Assembly: GCF_009914755.1 (NCBI RefSeq)
Contig: NC_060937.1
Strand: one strand, 5' to 3'
DNA length: 64,000 nt
Source of the DNA: the human T2T-CHM13v2.0 reference genome, Homo sapiens
Shown here: positions 42,438-57,170 of the stretch, piece by piece
Layout of the letters: each line of letters starts with the position of its first letter
Position numbering within the stretch: the stretch's first letter is position 1
Notes under the pieces: generated by a model
What the model saw: only the letters and a program-made list of their open reading frames with translations
Told to the model about the DNA's origin: nothing
Databases searched by the model: none
Program-made: the position numbers and the translations under genes

Positions 42438-43175
42438 TTCTGCCTGCTTTTTAATAAGCAACATTGGCCAACTTAGAAACGTCCAGAGGGGCAGTGCCGT
42501 CTGGAAGCCCTGCCCTGTGGGGACAGCTGCAGGAACTGGGGTGCAGAAATCAGCTCAAAGGAGGACGTCCGAGGGACCCTAGATCCAGAGGAAGGTGCCC
42601 CTTCTGCCACCACGTGCCTTCTCTGCATGTTGACTTTGCCTTTACCTGACTTTACTCACTTCCATGTGGCCCGACTCCCTTTCCAGGGAGGGTTTACCTC
42701 CCGTGCTGGGCAGTGAAGAGGGAACTGCTTGCTGGGTGCTGGCATGGCCCACTCAGCCAGCCTCTGTGGGAATGCCAGCCTCTTGCTTCTGCCAGGCGAG
42801 ACCCAGAGTTTCATTTAGGGTCCAGTGTATTTCCTGGCTCTTTGGTGTTACCTAGCCCCAGGGTGCTATTAATAGTGCAAAGCATCGGAACCAGGGCGCA
42901 GCCACAGAGTAAACAAACACTACAGGTTCTTTAGAAGGCAGAGAAGCCAGAGAGGGTTTCCAGGGAGAGAGGGAGTTAAATGGAGAATCAGACTGAAGCA
43001 AGTGGAGAGAGGATGAAGGAAACTCTAGGTTAGAGGACATCTGTTGCCAAGGTGAGTAGCAGAGAAGTTTCACTGTGGGAGTAGAGTAGCAGGAGAAAGC
43101 TGGAGAAACGGTCAAATGGCAGATAGCCATAAATGCCACCCGGTGAGTTTGACTTTCCTTATGAAGGCAAGACAT

Positions 43176-43356
43176 AGCACCATCAGATTTGGCAAATAAA
43201 AATATAACAGGCCTGGCTACGTTTGAATTTCAGATAAACAACAAATATCTTTTAGTGTAAGTGTGTCATTCATATTGCATGGTACATAGTCTTGCTAAAA
43301 AAATGGATCTGAAATTTAGCTTTCACTGGGTGTTCTGTGCTTTATCTGGCAGCCCA
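43176..43356. mobile_element. MER53 palindromic DNA-transposon MITE
   Basis: CAGATTTGGCAAATAAAAATA..TTTGAATTTCAGATAAACAAC..TCTGAAATTT..ACTGGGTG..TTTATCTGGCAGCCC. Confidence 0.8.
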
Positions 43357-45246
43357 GGCAAGGGGAAGTCACTGAAGTTTTGTGATCGCAGAGTCCTCTT
43401 AGGAGGACCCATCTGCTTGGGTGACAGCTGCGGTCGAAGAAGACACCAGGGAGAGGGCTGCTCATAGGGAAACGTGGGCAGTCATCCTGGCATGACCACA
43501 AGGACCTGAATTATGGGAAAAATATGAAAGAAAGGATGAATTCAAAAGACAAGTTCGATGGCTGGGTCTGTAGGCTTGGGGACTGGCGAGAAGGTGGAAT
43601 AGAGGAGGCAGAGGCAGCAAGGATGAGTTCAAGGGCAGGACCCATAGCTGGGAATGCCACAGAAGACACAGTTCAGAGGAAGAGTGGCTGCACAAGGAAA
43701 GAAGGCAGACTCCCGAGTTCTCTTGAAAACCTTTTCATAGTAGACACTGAGTGGGAAGGGCCAGCCAGCAGAAGCGGGTGCAGAGCGGAATTCCAGGAGG
43801 GAGAGGGGTGGGAGCTGTTGACATGGCCCTGGGTAGTGGCAGCCCCTGAAGCCAGCAATGAAGCAGATGCCTCCCTCCAGGGTCAGAGTGGAGCAGCGAG
43901 GTCAGAGGAGCAGCCCAGGAGGGAACCAGGAGAAGGCTGCTGCTTGGCAAACAGACCCGGTCTCTAATCTGGTCTAAGAAGTGAATCTGGTTTCCCTGTG
44001 GCCCAAAGTATTAGGAACGTTTTCTTTTTTTAATAAAGCAGAACAGCAATCGTGGAGAAACAGTGGCAGTTGCTCTCATGGGGTCCCTCCCCCAGTCACA
44101 GTGGGCTTGGACCTCACTTGTGCCCAGCAAGGCTTTCTCTCCAGCCTCATACTCCCATCCCAAAAGATCACAGGGAAACCTGGCAATGTCACCACTCCCA
44201 GAGCCTGCCAGCCCAGGGTCTGGAGTGAAGAGAGGGGCAGGGGTGAGGCCCCAAGACAAGGGGCCTGGGACCTCCCCAGTCTTGCCTGAGTTCCTGAGCA
44301 AAGCCTGCTACCCACCCCCTGCACACTCTGCAAAGCATTTCTGTCACAGCAAACTGTTGATCAGCCCCTTGCCCTCCCTCCCCCAGGGGCAGGATTAGAC
44401 ACAAGAGAAGAATCAAACACTTATGTTTCCTTTTAGTCGAAGACACCGGGAGAAAGTAGATTGTGACCCTTAGCTATGGACAGCATCCAGAGACTTAAAA
44501 ATAGCTGAATTTTACTGCAACGTTAATAGAACCTAAAGGTTTCAGGCACCTATGCAGGTGAAAATCTTTGGATTTCCAGCTGCATATCGATGAATGATTC
44601 CAGTTTAAAGTCAGTGAACAGTGGGGCGAACTCAGGCATTACAGGAATGAAGATGGAATTGCTGAAATACCCCTGCCATGGCATCTTTCATCCCCTCTCT
44701 ACACACACGCGTCTCTAGGTCACAGAAGCTATGGGGAGGCCTCTGGCACCCTGGGAAGCTCTTTGATCTACAACTTGGCAAGTGTTCCAGGAAGCCCGTG
44801 TTCTGGGTGGCCACGGGGCTCCTGCTCCTCCCCAGAGCTGCTGGACACAGCCTAGGTGGAGCTGCCTGATAAGGACCCAAGAGGGCTGGTGACCAGACAC
44901 TCCTGGTCCCACCGGTAGTCTTGCCCATTGCTCACTGGCTGCAGCCCCTGAGGTCAGCCAGCCCAGCTCTTCCAGCTTTGGGCCTTCCTCCAGCATCTCC
45001 TCCAGCTGCCTTTGTCCAGCTGTATTTAGTAACAATTTTATAATGTCTCAACAGCTGCTTTTTACCCTCTAATTTGTGAATCAGCCAAATGCCTAGCTGA
45101 GATGAAAGTCCTGGGGTCACACACTTCTGGACTTGTGGTCCTCACTCATTAAACGATGGTGGACTGTCATATGAAAACTTGGGCTGAGGTGTGTCCTGGC
45201 AGACAGGGAACTGGCGTGTTAATGCTCCCTAGGCAGCACTGGATGC

Positions 45247-45390
45247 CCACAGTGTTTGAGGTAGGGATTGTTTGCATTCTACAGATGAGCACACCGAGGC
45301 TCAGAGCGGTAAGGAATTGGCCCGCAGTCACATGACTATTAAAGCATCTGAATTGGGATTAGAACATAAACCCAGCTGACTTCAAGTTCT
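45247..45390 (-). mobile_element. MIR
   Basis: TGAGGTAGG..CTACAGATGAGCACACCGAGGCTCAGAGCGGTAAG. Confidence 0.75.
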
Positions 45391-46644
45391 GAACCCTGCA
45401 CTCCATGCTCCAGTGTGGAGCCGCAGTTTCCTTTCTTCCTCTTGAGATGAAGACACATGAGAACCCAAGCCCATCACCCTGGACATTGACACTTCTCTTA
45501 GGGAAACACTGGGCACCATGTGTTGATCGTTGGGTCCACAGCCCAAAGACTGGCAGAATCTCAATACTGTCCCAGCAGGTGGCAACTGCACTCATTTTTA
45601 AAATGACATAATAAACACATCTCTTTAACCTCAATTTTCTCTTTCCCAAAATGGAATAAAAAAATCAAAGCTCAGAATCACTGCCTTCCAGAAGGTGTAT
45701 AGTAGAAACTCAGTGGCACTCGGGCCCTGCTTCTCACTGAGAGCTGCGTTTCCAGGGCCAGGTGCTGAGCCAGTTCTGAGAGCCAATCTGCCATCATTTA
45801 ATCAATTAACACCAAAGGCCAGAAATGTGTGACCCCAGCTTCCGTCAGTGCTGGCTGAGGAGTGTCCCCAAGGCTGGCTCCAGGAAAGCGCAAGCAAGGG
45901 CTCCTGGGTCCACTGGTTCCTGTGCAGCAGGCAAAAGAGGTGGAAGGGAATGATCTGGGTCTGGAGACAGGGATGCGGTCATCGACAGCTCTGGGTTTAT
46001 GACAAAAGAAACCTGCACAAATGCTGATGAGGATGGGACACGTTCACAGATGGCTTTGAAAAGTATCTCAAGACAACTCAATTGGCAGTTTTCATAGATG
46101 AGGACACCAGTGTGTCAGGGGACACAACCTTTTAACTAAAAACAGTTCCACAGGGAATAACGGAAGCACACGTAGGAAGAGTTTCTAGTGCCTTCCTGGT
46201 GTCTTGCATTTCCCCTGTGTCTCACATGATTTTTGAATGCCCATGCCGGCCAGCCTCTGCTTCATGGTTTGCTGTTCGTATGGTCATAACCCATGAGCAG
46301 TGCTATGACCATATTTGCATGGGACCCCCCCACACACCACTCGGACCACATTCTCACAACAGCTCGGTTGTGGCAAAAACAAAAAGGAGATAAAGATATT
46401 TCCGTTTTCACTGCTGTGGACGCTAAGGACCAGAGGGGCACAAGATTGGTCTATTATTGTCTTTTAGTAGGCAGAAGAGTCTAGACTGAAAGACAGTTCT
46501 CCCGGTTCTGTATCTGATGGAGTCTCTATACAATATGCAATATTACAAAACCCCTCTGGGCTAGGGCAATCAGTTAGTGTTGTGGTAGAATTTGCATAGT
46601 ATAAATGTACCTTTTAATGAAATAACCACAAATCACCAAAACGC

Positions 46645-47160
46645 CAAATAATTTTTAATATCAGTGCAGTCCATGCGATATTTGAATATAGTTGTCCTAC
46701 AGGAAGTATTTGTCATTTATCTGAAATTCAAATTTCACTGGGTGCTTTACCCATTTCTGCTGCCATAACAAAATCCACAGACTGAGGGGGTAACTTATAA
46801 ACAACAGAAATGTGTTTCTTGTGGTTCTCGAGTTTGGAAGTCCAAGATCAGAGCACCAGCAGGTTTGGTGTTTGGTGAGGGCCCAGTCTCCACTTCCAAG
46901 ATGATGTCCTGCCGCTCTGTCCTCTGGAGGGGCCAAACGCTGTGTTTTCACATGGCATGGACTTGTCCCCTCAAACCCTTTTATAAGGTCTCTCATCCTG
47001 TTTATGAGGGCTCTGCCTTCAGGACCTAATCACCTCCTAAAGGCCCCACCCCTGAATACCATATCAAGTTGGTGATTAAGTTTCAACACAAGAATTTTGG
47101 GAAAGCTTCAGACTATAGCACTGGACTTCCTTTATTTTTTTTTCTTCTAAATCTGGCAAG
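46645..47160. mobile_element. MER53-like MITE remnant split by an MST LTR
   Basis: TTTATCTGAAATTCAAATTTCACTGGG before the LTR; CTGGA..TAAATCTGGCAA after it. Confidence 0.65.
46743..47120 (-). mobile_element. MaLR solo LTR (MSTD/MLT1A1-like)
   Basis: TG..CTGCCATAACAAAAT..GGAAGTCCAAGATCA..CTAATCACCTCCTAAAGGCCCCACC..TTCAGACTATAGCA; 5-bp TSD CTGGG/CTGGA. Confidence 0.88.
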
Positions 47161-47384
47161 TGTAATTCTTCTGACATTGGTCAGATTTCCCCCCAGTTCT
47201 CTGCACTTGGACATCCCCCTTATGGACTTTCCTCTGCTTTGCATGATAAACTCACATGTGTTGACTTCTCTGCTCTGCTGTGGCCAGGGTCTTACTCATG
47301 CTGCTTGCTGTGAACAGGGTTTGGTGTTAATGGAGCTTCCCCTTTCATTGCTCCAGCCCATCCCTGTCCATCCAACCTGTACAT

Positions 47385-47680
47385 TTAACCACTTACTTGG
47401 CATCTCCTTCTAGATGCCCCGCAAACACCTCAAACACAACCATCTAAGGTTAACTATCTTCCCCACAAACATGAGCTCCTCCTGACCGTCCCCTCACCGA
47501 ACGGTGTCCTCACCTGAGCTTTGACCTCGCCCTCTTTTTTCCCATGCTCCCCCATCCAATCCACCACGTCCTACAGACTACTGAGCATGGTTCTTTCCAT
47601 TCTGTTTCTCCCATCCCACTGTCCCTACCCCACTTAGAGTTACCACAGCTTCTTGACTGGACTGCCCCAACTTACTGATG
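47385..47680 (+). mobile_element. L2 fragment
   Basis: CTTGGCATCTCCTTCTAGATG..CACCTCAAAC; pyrimidine-rich. Confidence 0.55.
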
Positions 47681-47689
47681 TTCCCTATT

Positions 47690-49205
47690 TGATAAGACAT
47701 CATCCTTTCACTTTCTTCTAATTCTTTAGACATGACCTCCTCCAGTGATTTGAACATATTTATAATAGCTGACTTAAAAACTTAAATCCAACATCTGGGC
47801 CCCTTGGACAGTTTCTATTGACTGCTTTATTTCCTGTGTGCATGGAACTAAACTTCCCTGTTTCTTTTCATGTCTCACATCTTCTGTTGAAAACTGGATG
47901 TTTCAAATATTAAATATCCAGATTCCCTCCTCTCTCGGATTTTTGTTGCTGATGATGCTGTTTGCCTGTTTAGTGACTTCTGGTCTGATTCTATAAAGTC
48001 TGCCTTTTTTGTCATTTGTAGCTCCCCAAGTCTCTGCTTAGTTAGCCTAGTGGTTGCCTAATGATGGGAGAGAGACTTCCTTACATGCATTGAACTGGTC
48101 AGTTTTTCAGCCTTTGCTGAGGGGCTCTGTGTGTGTGTTGGGGCAGACCTTCAGTACTCCAGCACACAGTTCACATCTCTGCCTTACCCTGACCTCTCTG
48201 CTAGGAATGGGCCTTAAGGTCAGCAAGAGGCGAGAGACTAAATCCTTCTAAGATCTTGCTTGGGCATACACACAGCCGTGCACATGGGTGTGGCCTTCCT
48301 GGTTCTCAATAATATGTCATAGCTTTACAAACCCCTTATGGACATCTCATTCCCTAGTATTTCCTTTTAAGCTTTTTGGTCAGCCTCTTGTTAGCCCCAT
48401 CTGGTATCACCACTTCAAAACGCTGCTGTGTTAAACAATTGCCATTAATAATGTTTGACAAATGCCTTTGAGATACGGCTGTTAGAACAGAATATTCTCT
48501 GAGTAAGGTCAAATGAAGACAAGCTCTAAGAATTGAGCTTTTCAGGCTGGATGCAATGGCTCATGCCTGTAATCCTAACCCTTTGGGAGGCCAAGGCAGG
48601 TGGATCACTTAATGGTCAGGAGTCTGAGACCAGTTTGGCCAACATGGTGAAACCTCGTTTCTACTAAAAATACACAAAGTAGCTAAGCGTGGTGGTGTGC
48701 ACCTGTAATCCCAGGTACTAAGGAGGCTGAGGCAGGAGAATCGCTTGAACCTGGGAGGCGGAGGCTGCAGTGAGTGGAGATCATGCCCTTGGGTGACAGA
48801 GGGAGACTCCATCTCAAAAAAAGAATTGAGTATTTTGGGGAACAGCCAGGCAAGTTAAATAAGGGCAGTTTTCTGGGGATGGCTTTAGGGGAGCTCTAGG
48901 CTTATTCTGCCCCTCTCATGGCTGCTAGGCTGCTGTTCTCAGGCTTTCACAGGTCTAAGGCTACCATGGAGCTGGAGAGAGGGGAGATGGGAGCAGGGCA
49001 GGTTGAAATGCCACAAAATCACCATTCTTCCTGACGGTTAGTCATAGTCTTTGAATAAACACTTTACTCCTTGGATTGTTACAAGCCTTTGGTGAATTTG
49101 CAGTATTTTGAAAAACTTGTTTTGGCCATTTTTGCCAGTTTTCTCATTGCTTTTATGGAAGAACAGGTTTAGGGAGGTACTTATTCTTCTATTCTGGCAA
49201 TAACT
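47690..49205 (-). mobile_element. Old L1M 5' region (L1MC/MD-type), interrupted by an Alu
   Basis: TTTGAACATATTTATAATAGCTG..AATCCAACATCTGGGCC..TTGAAAACTGGA..TTTTTGCCAGTTTTCTCATTGCTTTTATGGA. Confidence 0.6.
48545..48822 (+). mobile_element. AluSx/Sz with a short right-arm deletion
   Basis: Dimer lacking ACTGCACTCCAGC; TSD AAGAATTGAG at 48528 and 48821. Confidence 0.9.
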
Positions 49206-51628
49206 TCTCCAATGTTGATCTTTGAAAAGTGCTTTTGAGATTGTGTTTTAACCCAAGTTAGGAAACAATGATCATGTGATGTTTTCTGGACATTCCGGCA
49301 GCTCTCTAAGGAAGACAATTTTAGGAAGGGTGTGATCAGATAAAACACTAGATATTTATTTTACTTATTTCTCATACCCCATAGTAGGCCTTTATTACTG
49401 CCTTGCTCTTGCGTAGTTAGTGAATGACTGCAATTGGTATAACTGGAACAAAAAGAGATAATGGTTTATATTTTAGAAGCAGAAGAGTTAATAGGAGCCA
49501 GGAGTTTTAAGATAATGGTGATAATGAAGTCACATGGAAACCAATTAAGAGTAAGAGTTTATAAGAAAAACAGTTGAAACCTAAGAGTACTCAAAGGCAA
49601 TCAGAAAGCCCATTTTAGGGTCTCTTAGAGATGGACTATGTAGAAACTCTATACAAGAGAATATTTTCTGCTGCCCTTTGCCTCTAAAAACATATTGTAC
49701 TATTGATGTACTGTTTATTCCCTTTCAAACTGCCACATTTGGCAGCTTGCTATTTCTACATGTTTTAAAGTTGTAGCTTATAAAAAAAGTAGATTTCTTA
49801 GCAGTCATATTTGGGCATCTGTATGTGGAGCTTTTATACTCCATAGACTCCACTGTGTGGACTTACTGAAAAGGCTGGTAACAACTAGAAGATTGCCCGA
49901 GTAAGCCTGAAACACTGACATTAAGTTGAATGTTTTGGTGTTTGGCATCTTCTCATTAACGATGCAGATGACTATTTTCTTACACAGAGAATCTGAGAGG
50001 ATCACCAAAGGCCGTGATGATTAATCTTATTTTCCAGAGCATCCTGGTAAAACAATGGGCACGATCACATTTTGTTAGTAAGGTCACATTTTACTTGAAT
50101 TGTTTTCCAAAGCCAATAAACAATCCATCCATTTTCCACCTGACCCTAATAAACAGGCCCTATATTTCATAAGGTTAAAAGGTCAGGCTGCCTGAGAGAC
50201 ATCAGTGGGAATCTGCTGTGTCTCTTTGTGCCTGGTTTCAAGCACGTTTTATAAAGGGTGAAAACAAATGTCTTTGAGTTCACTCAAGCTGTTCATCCTT
50301 CCTGAATAGAATACAAGTCAGGAAATGCTGAAATTCCTTTTCCAGGCACCAGTATCCCACTGTTCTGTGCCATTAAGCTTGCAAACACTCTATCACCATT
50401 TGCCATTTTTAAAAGAGGACGTATGGTTAGTGATCTAGGTTTTCCGAAGGTAAAATGACTTCCTGAAAATTGAGATGGGCCTTAGGTAGAAATGGCCTAT
50501 TAAATGGTCCCAATACAGATGCAAAGTTCAGGCACGTTTCTGATACACCCCAAAAACAGCTGGAAAGATCAGGCCCAAAATGCTCCATTGAAATCTGATT
50601 GGTTTGTTTCTTCTGTGCTAAATGGACCAATTGTGGGGAGAGGCAAAGTCACATAAAGGAAATAGAAGCTTGGCTTGGTGGCTGTGAGGAAACTGCTAGA
50701 TAGGTTTATTTTAAATATTTTCTATTTATTTTAATGTTACAATTTTATGAAAAGCTTGGTTGCTTTAAGAACCAAAAGGCAGGAAGGGTACAGGGGAAAA
50801 GATCTAGGCTGTGGTCATAATACTTAGAGGACTGTGTGTCAAAGCCTGGGTCATGGAACTGTAAGAATCATCTTGGATGCTTGTTGAAAATGTGCCTTCT
50901 GGGTGGGGGGACCTGATGCAGCCTCAACTGTAATCAGACTATATACCTCAGGCCTCTCCCCGTCCCGGAGGTTAGATGTCATTGTGCAGTAATGATGCTG
51001 TAGGCCATGCCTGGAAGAATGGATGTAAACAGTAGATGTCAGCATGAATGAGTCTCTGGTGCCTGCCTTCTATACCGGAATGTCCTGAACAGCTCTGGAG
51101 CAGACCTGGGCTATAAGATTTGGGAGAAGAGCATGAACAGGTTTGTGGGGGGCACATTTTGGGTGTAAAGCCATTATTTCAACATGTCCCAAAGTACTAT
51201 TTGATGCAGCTTGGCAGCACAAAAATGCCTGTGCACCCGTAGGGAGTGTGATCCTGAGGACTTTGGCGAGAACATCGTGGCCTCACAAATGGGAACTCAG
51301 GGTTAACATAGAAAAACCAGGTTTTGACTGCAGCTTTCCACGGGTACATTTAGTGATTCTGAATAAGGATTTCTGCTTGCTCAGGGTTGTGAAAAACAGA
51401 TCAACATTGTAGGGGAGGATTAGATAACTCGAAAACTGTCCCATCGCAAGATATCTCAGAATGCCAGCACACAGCAGGGCAAGGAAGGCAGAATGGCATC
51501 TGCCAAATACTGTGACGGGACAAAGCTAGGAGGTGGGTGCACAGATATTTGCTCTATAGACCTTATTCTTTCTTTATGCTTAAAATGTTTTTAAAAATGT
51601 TTTAAAATTTAAAAGCCTAATTGAAGTT

Positions 51629-51793
51629 AGCTGTGTGTGGTGGTGCACACCTGTAGTTTCAGCTGTTGGGGAGGCTGAGGCAGGAAGATTGCCTGAGCCC
51701 AGGAGTTTGAGGTTACAGTAAACTATGATCATACCCTGCAAATAGCCACTGCACTCCAGCCTGGACAATATAGCAAGACCCTGTGTCTAAAAA
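51629..51793 (+). mobile_element. FAM (fossil Alu monomer, 7SL-like)
   Basis: Retains 7SL-type AATAGCCACTGCACTCCAGCCTGGACAATATAGCAAGACCC, which dimeric Alus lack. Confidence 0.8.
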
Positions 51794-51874
51794 TTAATAC
51801 GTAAAATATTTCAGAATAAATAAATAAAATCTACATTGGTGACAGCCTTTTCAAGCTCATTAAGTAAAAACCTC

Positions 51875-52625
51875 CATACCACCTTATACCCATTAGGATG
51901 GCTACTAAAAGAAAAGAAAATACTAAGTGTTGGTGAGGATGTGGGAAATTGGAACCCTTGTGTGCTATTGGTGGGAATTTGTAAAATGATGTAGCCACTA
52001 TGTAAAACATGGAGATTTCTCAGAAAATTAAAAATAGAATCGCCATGTGATCCAGCAATCCCACTTCTGGGTATCTATGTAAAAGAATGAAAAGCAGAGT
52101 CTCAAAGAGGCATGTGCACACCCATGTTCACAGCAGTGTTATTCCCAACAGCCAAGAGGCGGAAACAACCCAAGTGTCCATCAGTGGATAAATGGATAAA
52201 CAAAATGTGGTACACATAGGCAATGAAATATTATTTATTGCATAATTTCACAAAAAGAAGAAAAGCCTGTTACATGCTATAACACAGATGAATGTCAAGG
52301 ACATTACACTAAGTGAAATAAGCCAGTCACAAAAGGACAAGTACTGTATGATTCCACTTATATGAAGTACTTAGAGTAGTCAAAATCATAGAGATAGGAA
52401 ATAGAAGGGTGGTTACCCAGGGCTGGGGTAGGGGGTGCAGAATAGGGGAGTTAAATTTAACGGGTACAGAGTTTTAGTTAGGGAAGGTGAAAAGGTACTA
52501 GAAGTGGATAGAAGTGCTGGTTACATGAAAGTGGGAATGCACCTGATGCCACGGAGCTATACGTTTAGAAATGGTTATGATGGTAGATATGTATATTTTG
52601 CCACAGTTAAAAATAAATATTTTTA
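51875..52625 (+). mobile_element. L1MB 3' end
   Basis: CCCATTAGGATGGCTAC..GATCCAGCAATCCCACTTCTGGG..AAGTGAAATAAGCCAGTCACAAAAGGACAA..ATATTTTGCCACA. Confidence 0.9.
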
Positions 52626-53159
52626 AAAAGAAAAACCACCTTAGATAACAGTAAAATGAGACTGGGTATTGAATGAATCTACAGACTTCTCTACTATGTG
52701 GATGCAAAACTCAAAACAGTGGACTTGCAATCTACCCTCGTTTCCCTACAAATTTGGTTCCCTGGGTTAACTTTCCCAACCATCCTGTCCCAGACAAGTG
52801 TTGCAATCCCAGCGAAGTGCTTTGGATTGGTTCAGCTCTAAAAACCGTCATTTCTATCTATGAAATGGGTCTTGTTTCTGGTGCCATACCAATAACAGTG
52901 CATCTCTCAGACTTCCTTTATCACACCCAGGTTCCTTCAGACGAGAACCTAGATGTTGGGGCTAAATCCAGAGCCCTTTATTCCAGAAGAAATACAGCAA
53001 GGTACCTACACCTGCCTCTGAGAGGCTGCCTGGGTCACTTCCCAGCTAAGCCTGGTGGCGTCCTTTATCTCCCAGAGCCCTCACTATCTGCTGCCTCCGT
53101 GCATCAGGCCATGCCTTGTTGTGATGCTTTTTTCAGTGACTTTTCATTGGGATCCTACC

Positions 53160-54170
<1,011 letters not shown>

Positions 54171-54204
54171 CAGTGCACCAGGCATGGGTGGCTGGGTGGG
54201 TGTG

Positions 54205-54415
54205 TGAGGTATTTAATAGTTCTCATGCACTGACAGTTCACTATATGCCAGGCTTTGTGCTAAACATGTTGCATCATCCATTTAGTCCTCTCAGTCAGCC
54301 TGTGGGCTGGGTGCTTACAAATGAGAAGCTAAATAATTTCCCCAAGGTCATGCAACTAGTAGGTGACTCAGGAAATTCGCAGCCTGGTCTACTCACTCCA
54401 GGACCCAAAGTTCAG
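54205..54415 (-). mobile_element. MIR
   Basis: CACTATATGCCAGGC..TGTGCTAA..CCCAAGGTCATGCAACTAGTAGGTG. Confidence 0.65.
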
Positions 54416-55291
54416 GGGAAGACCAGAAAACAAAATTGGCAGAAAAGAGCTAAACCTCAGTTTTGAGTGTGTGGGTGATGACCACTTTTTCCTAGCTCAA
54501 AGGCAAAAATACTAGATTCTGGGGAGACTGCAGCAACCACACAGCCTAGTTTCTAAGTCCTTTGAATCCTAACATGAAAACTGATAAAGCAACTAGAACA
54601 ACTCATGGACGACACTTACAGCAAAACTAGGTGCAAGATAGCCAATGATTTCAAACAAGAGGAGCCAAACTACCAACAAAAACAAGCCAGGCATAGTTTC
54701 AGTGTCTGTGCAAGAGAAAAGAGAGGGAACCAACCGGGTACCTGGATCATGTAAGGAGAGGGAACCCCCAACATAGCCAAAGGTATGCACCGGAAAGCAT
54801 GGTACAATTTGAGAACAGCAGCTGGAGATGAAACTGTACAATCCAAACGCAGGCGAGGGCCCCACACTCAGGAGAAACCGCGGAGAACAGAATCAAATTA
54901 AACATGAAAGGGACAGACAACCATGGGAGATGACAGAGTCAGGAAGTTTCAGAATAAGCCACTGTGGTTTTGAATACTACATGAAAACAGAAGGACCTCC
55001 ATGAGGTTCAGACTGCCTTGACTCTGCATCCTCCTCACAGTGCAGGAAAGCTAATTATTTCACATGAAAATGGCCCTAGAAGGCTATTAAAGACCAGGCC
55101 CCAGAGAAAAACAAATGAAAGTTACATTCACTAAAAAGGGAGTTTTTATCTCAAAGCAATCTTTAAAAAATTAAGAGACTGATAAAAGACATGAAAGAAT
55201 AAAACTCAAAATGGAAAAATACAGAAGTGAAGTAGCAAAACACAGAAAATAAACAGAAATAAAATAAAAAGTAATTTCAGAAATGAAGAAC

Positions 55292-56122
<831 letters not shown>

Positions 56123-56365
56123 GAATCTTTAAAAACTAAATGGTCATCCTCAGAGGGTGATGGGGGAACCAATCCATTCTCTTGAAAATCTGTGAATAGT
56201 GGAGAAAAGCATGCATTTATCCTGCTTTATCTCTACAGGTGATACCAACTGGTACAACAAATGAGGATGAGCATCTCTTTATAATATCATTCTATCTAAT
56301 AAATGGACAAAAAAGATGGAATTAAAAGATCACCATTTTGCAAATCCCAATGAAATTAAAGTATC

Positions 56366-56557
56366 CTGTCCTGTCCAACAAGTTAGTCACTGGCCACCTA
56401 AAGTTTAAGTAAAATCAAATAAAAATGTTAGTTCCTCAGTCTCAGTGGCCACATTCCAAGTCGTCAGTGGCCACGCACACTAGTGGCCGCCCTGTGGGGC
56501 AGTGCAGACATGGGGCATTTTCTTGACCATGGAAAGTTCTGTCAGAGGGTGTGCTTC
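56366..56557 (-). mobile_element. MER3 (hAT-Charlie)
   Basis: AGTTCCTCAGTC..GGCCACATT.CAAGT..CTAGTGGC..GCAGAC..GAAAGTTCT. Confidence 0.7.
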
Positions 56558-56599
56558 AGACCCCGTGCATCCACAAGCACTGGCCTCACAGCGTGGGAA

Positions 56600-57170
56600 A
56601 CAGACAGGTGTCCCGGGGAGGGCCCACAGCCCCCCGGGTGGTGTTTCCAGAGACCTACCAAGAGGCGGACCAGGCCCCTGGATGTAGCTGTCACCTTACA
56701 GGAAGCACAGAGGATGAGCGCCATGTGATCAGTGTCATGAATATGCAGTTCAAAAACTCCAGATTCAGGGAATGTGCAGATCACATGGTCTGGGTTTTTT
56801 TAAACAGATAAACCATAAGAAAAAGAAAGGGATAAGGAGGATGCAGCTTCACAGGGGCTTAGAAATTTTAAACTGTCAAGACTAAACTGTCATGTCTGTG
56901 AATGAACACTTGGATGAAAAGCTACGAAGAAATGCAAAGACGCCATTTCTCTAAAAGCAGGGCAATGATTTTTAGTGGAGGAAGAACCGTGACTGGCCCA
57001 GGGTCCACGGAGGGGCTTCTGGTGTGGCCGGCACAGTTCTCTTTGCTGACCAGAGTGCTGGTGACAACAGTATTCACCTTATAATAACTCATTAAGCTAT
57101 ATTATTCTTTTCCGTGGCTTTCTCTATCAATGATTTATTTTATAATGTTTAAATAGTTTAAAAAAAAAAA
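56600..57170 (+). mobile_element. Old L1MC/ME 3' end
   Basis: CAAGACTAAACT..TTCACCTTATAATAACTCATTAAGCTATA..TTTTATAAT, then an A-tail. Confidence 0.55.
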
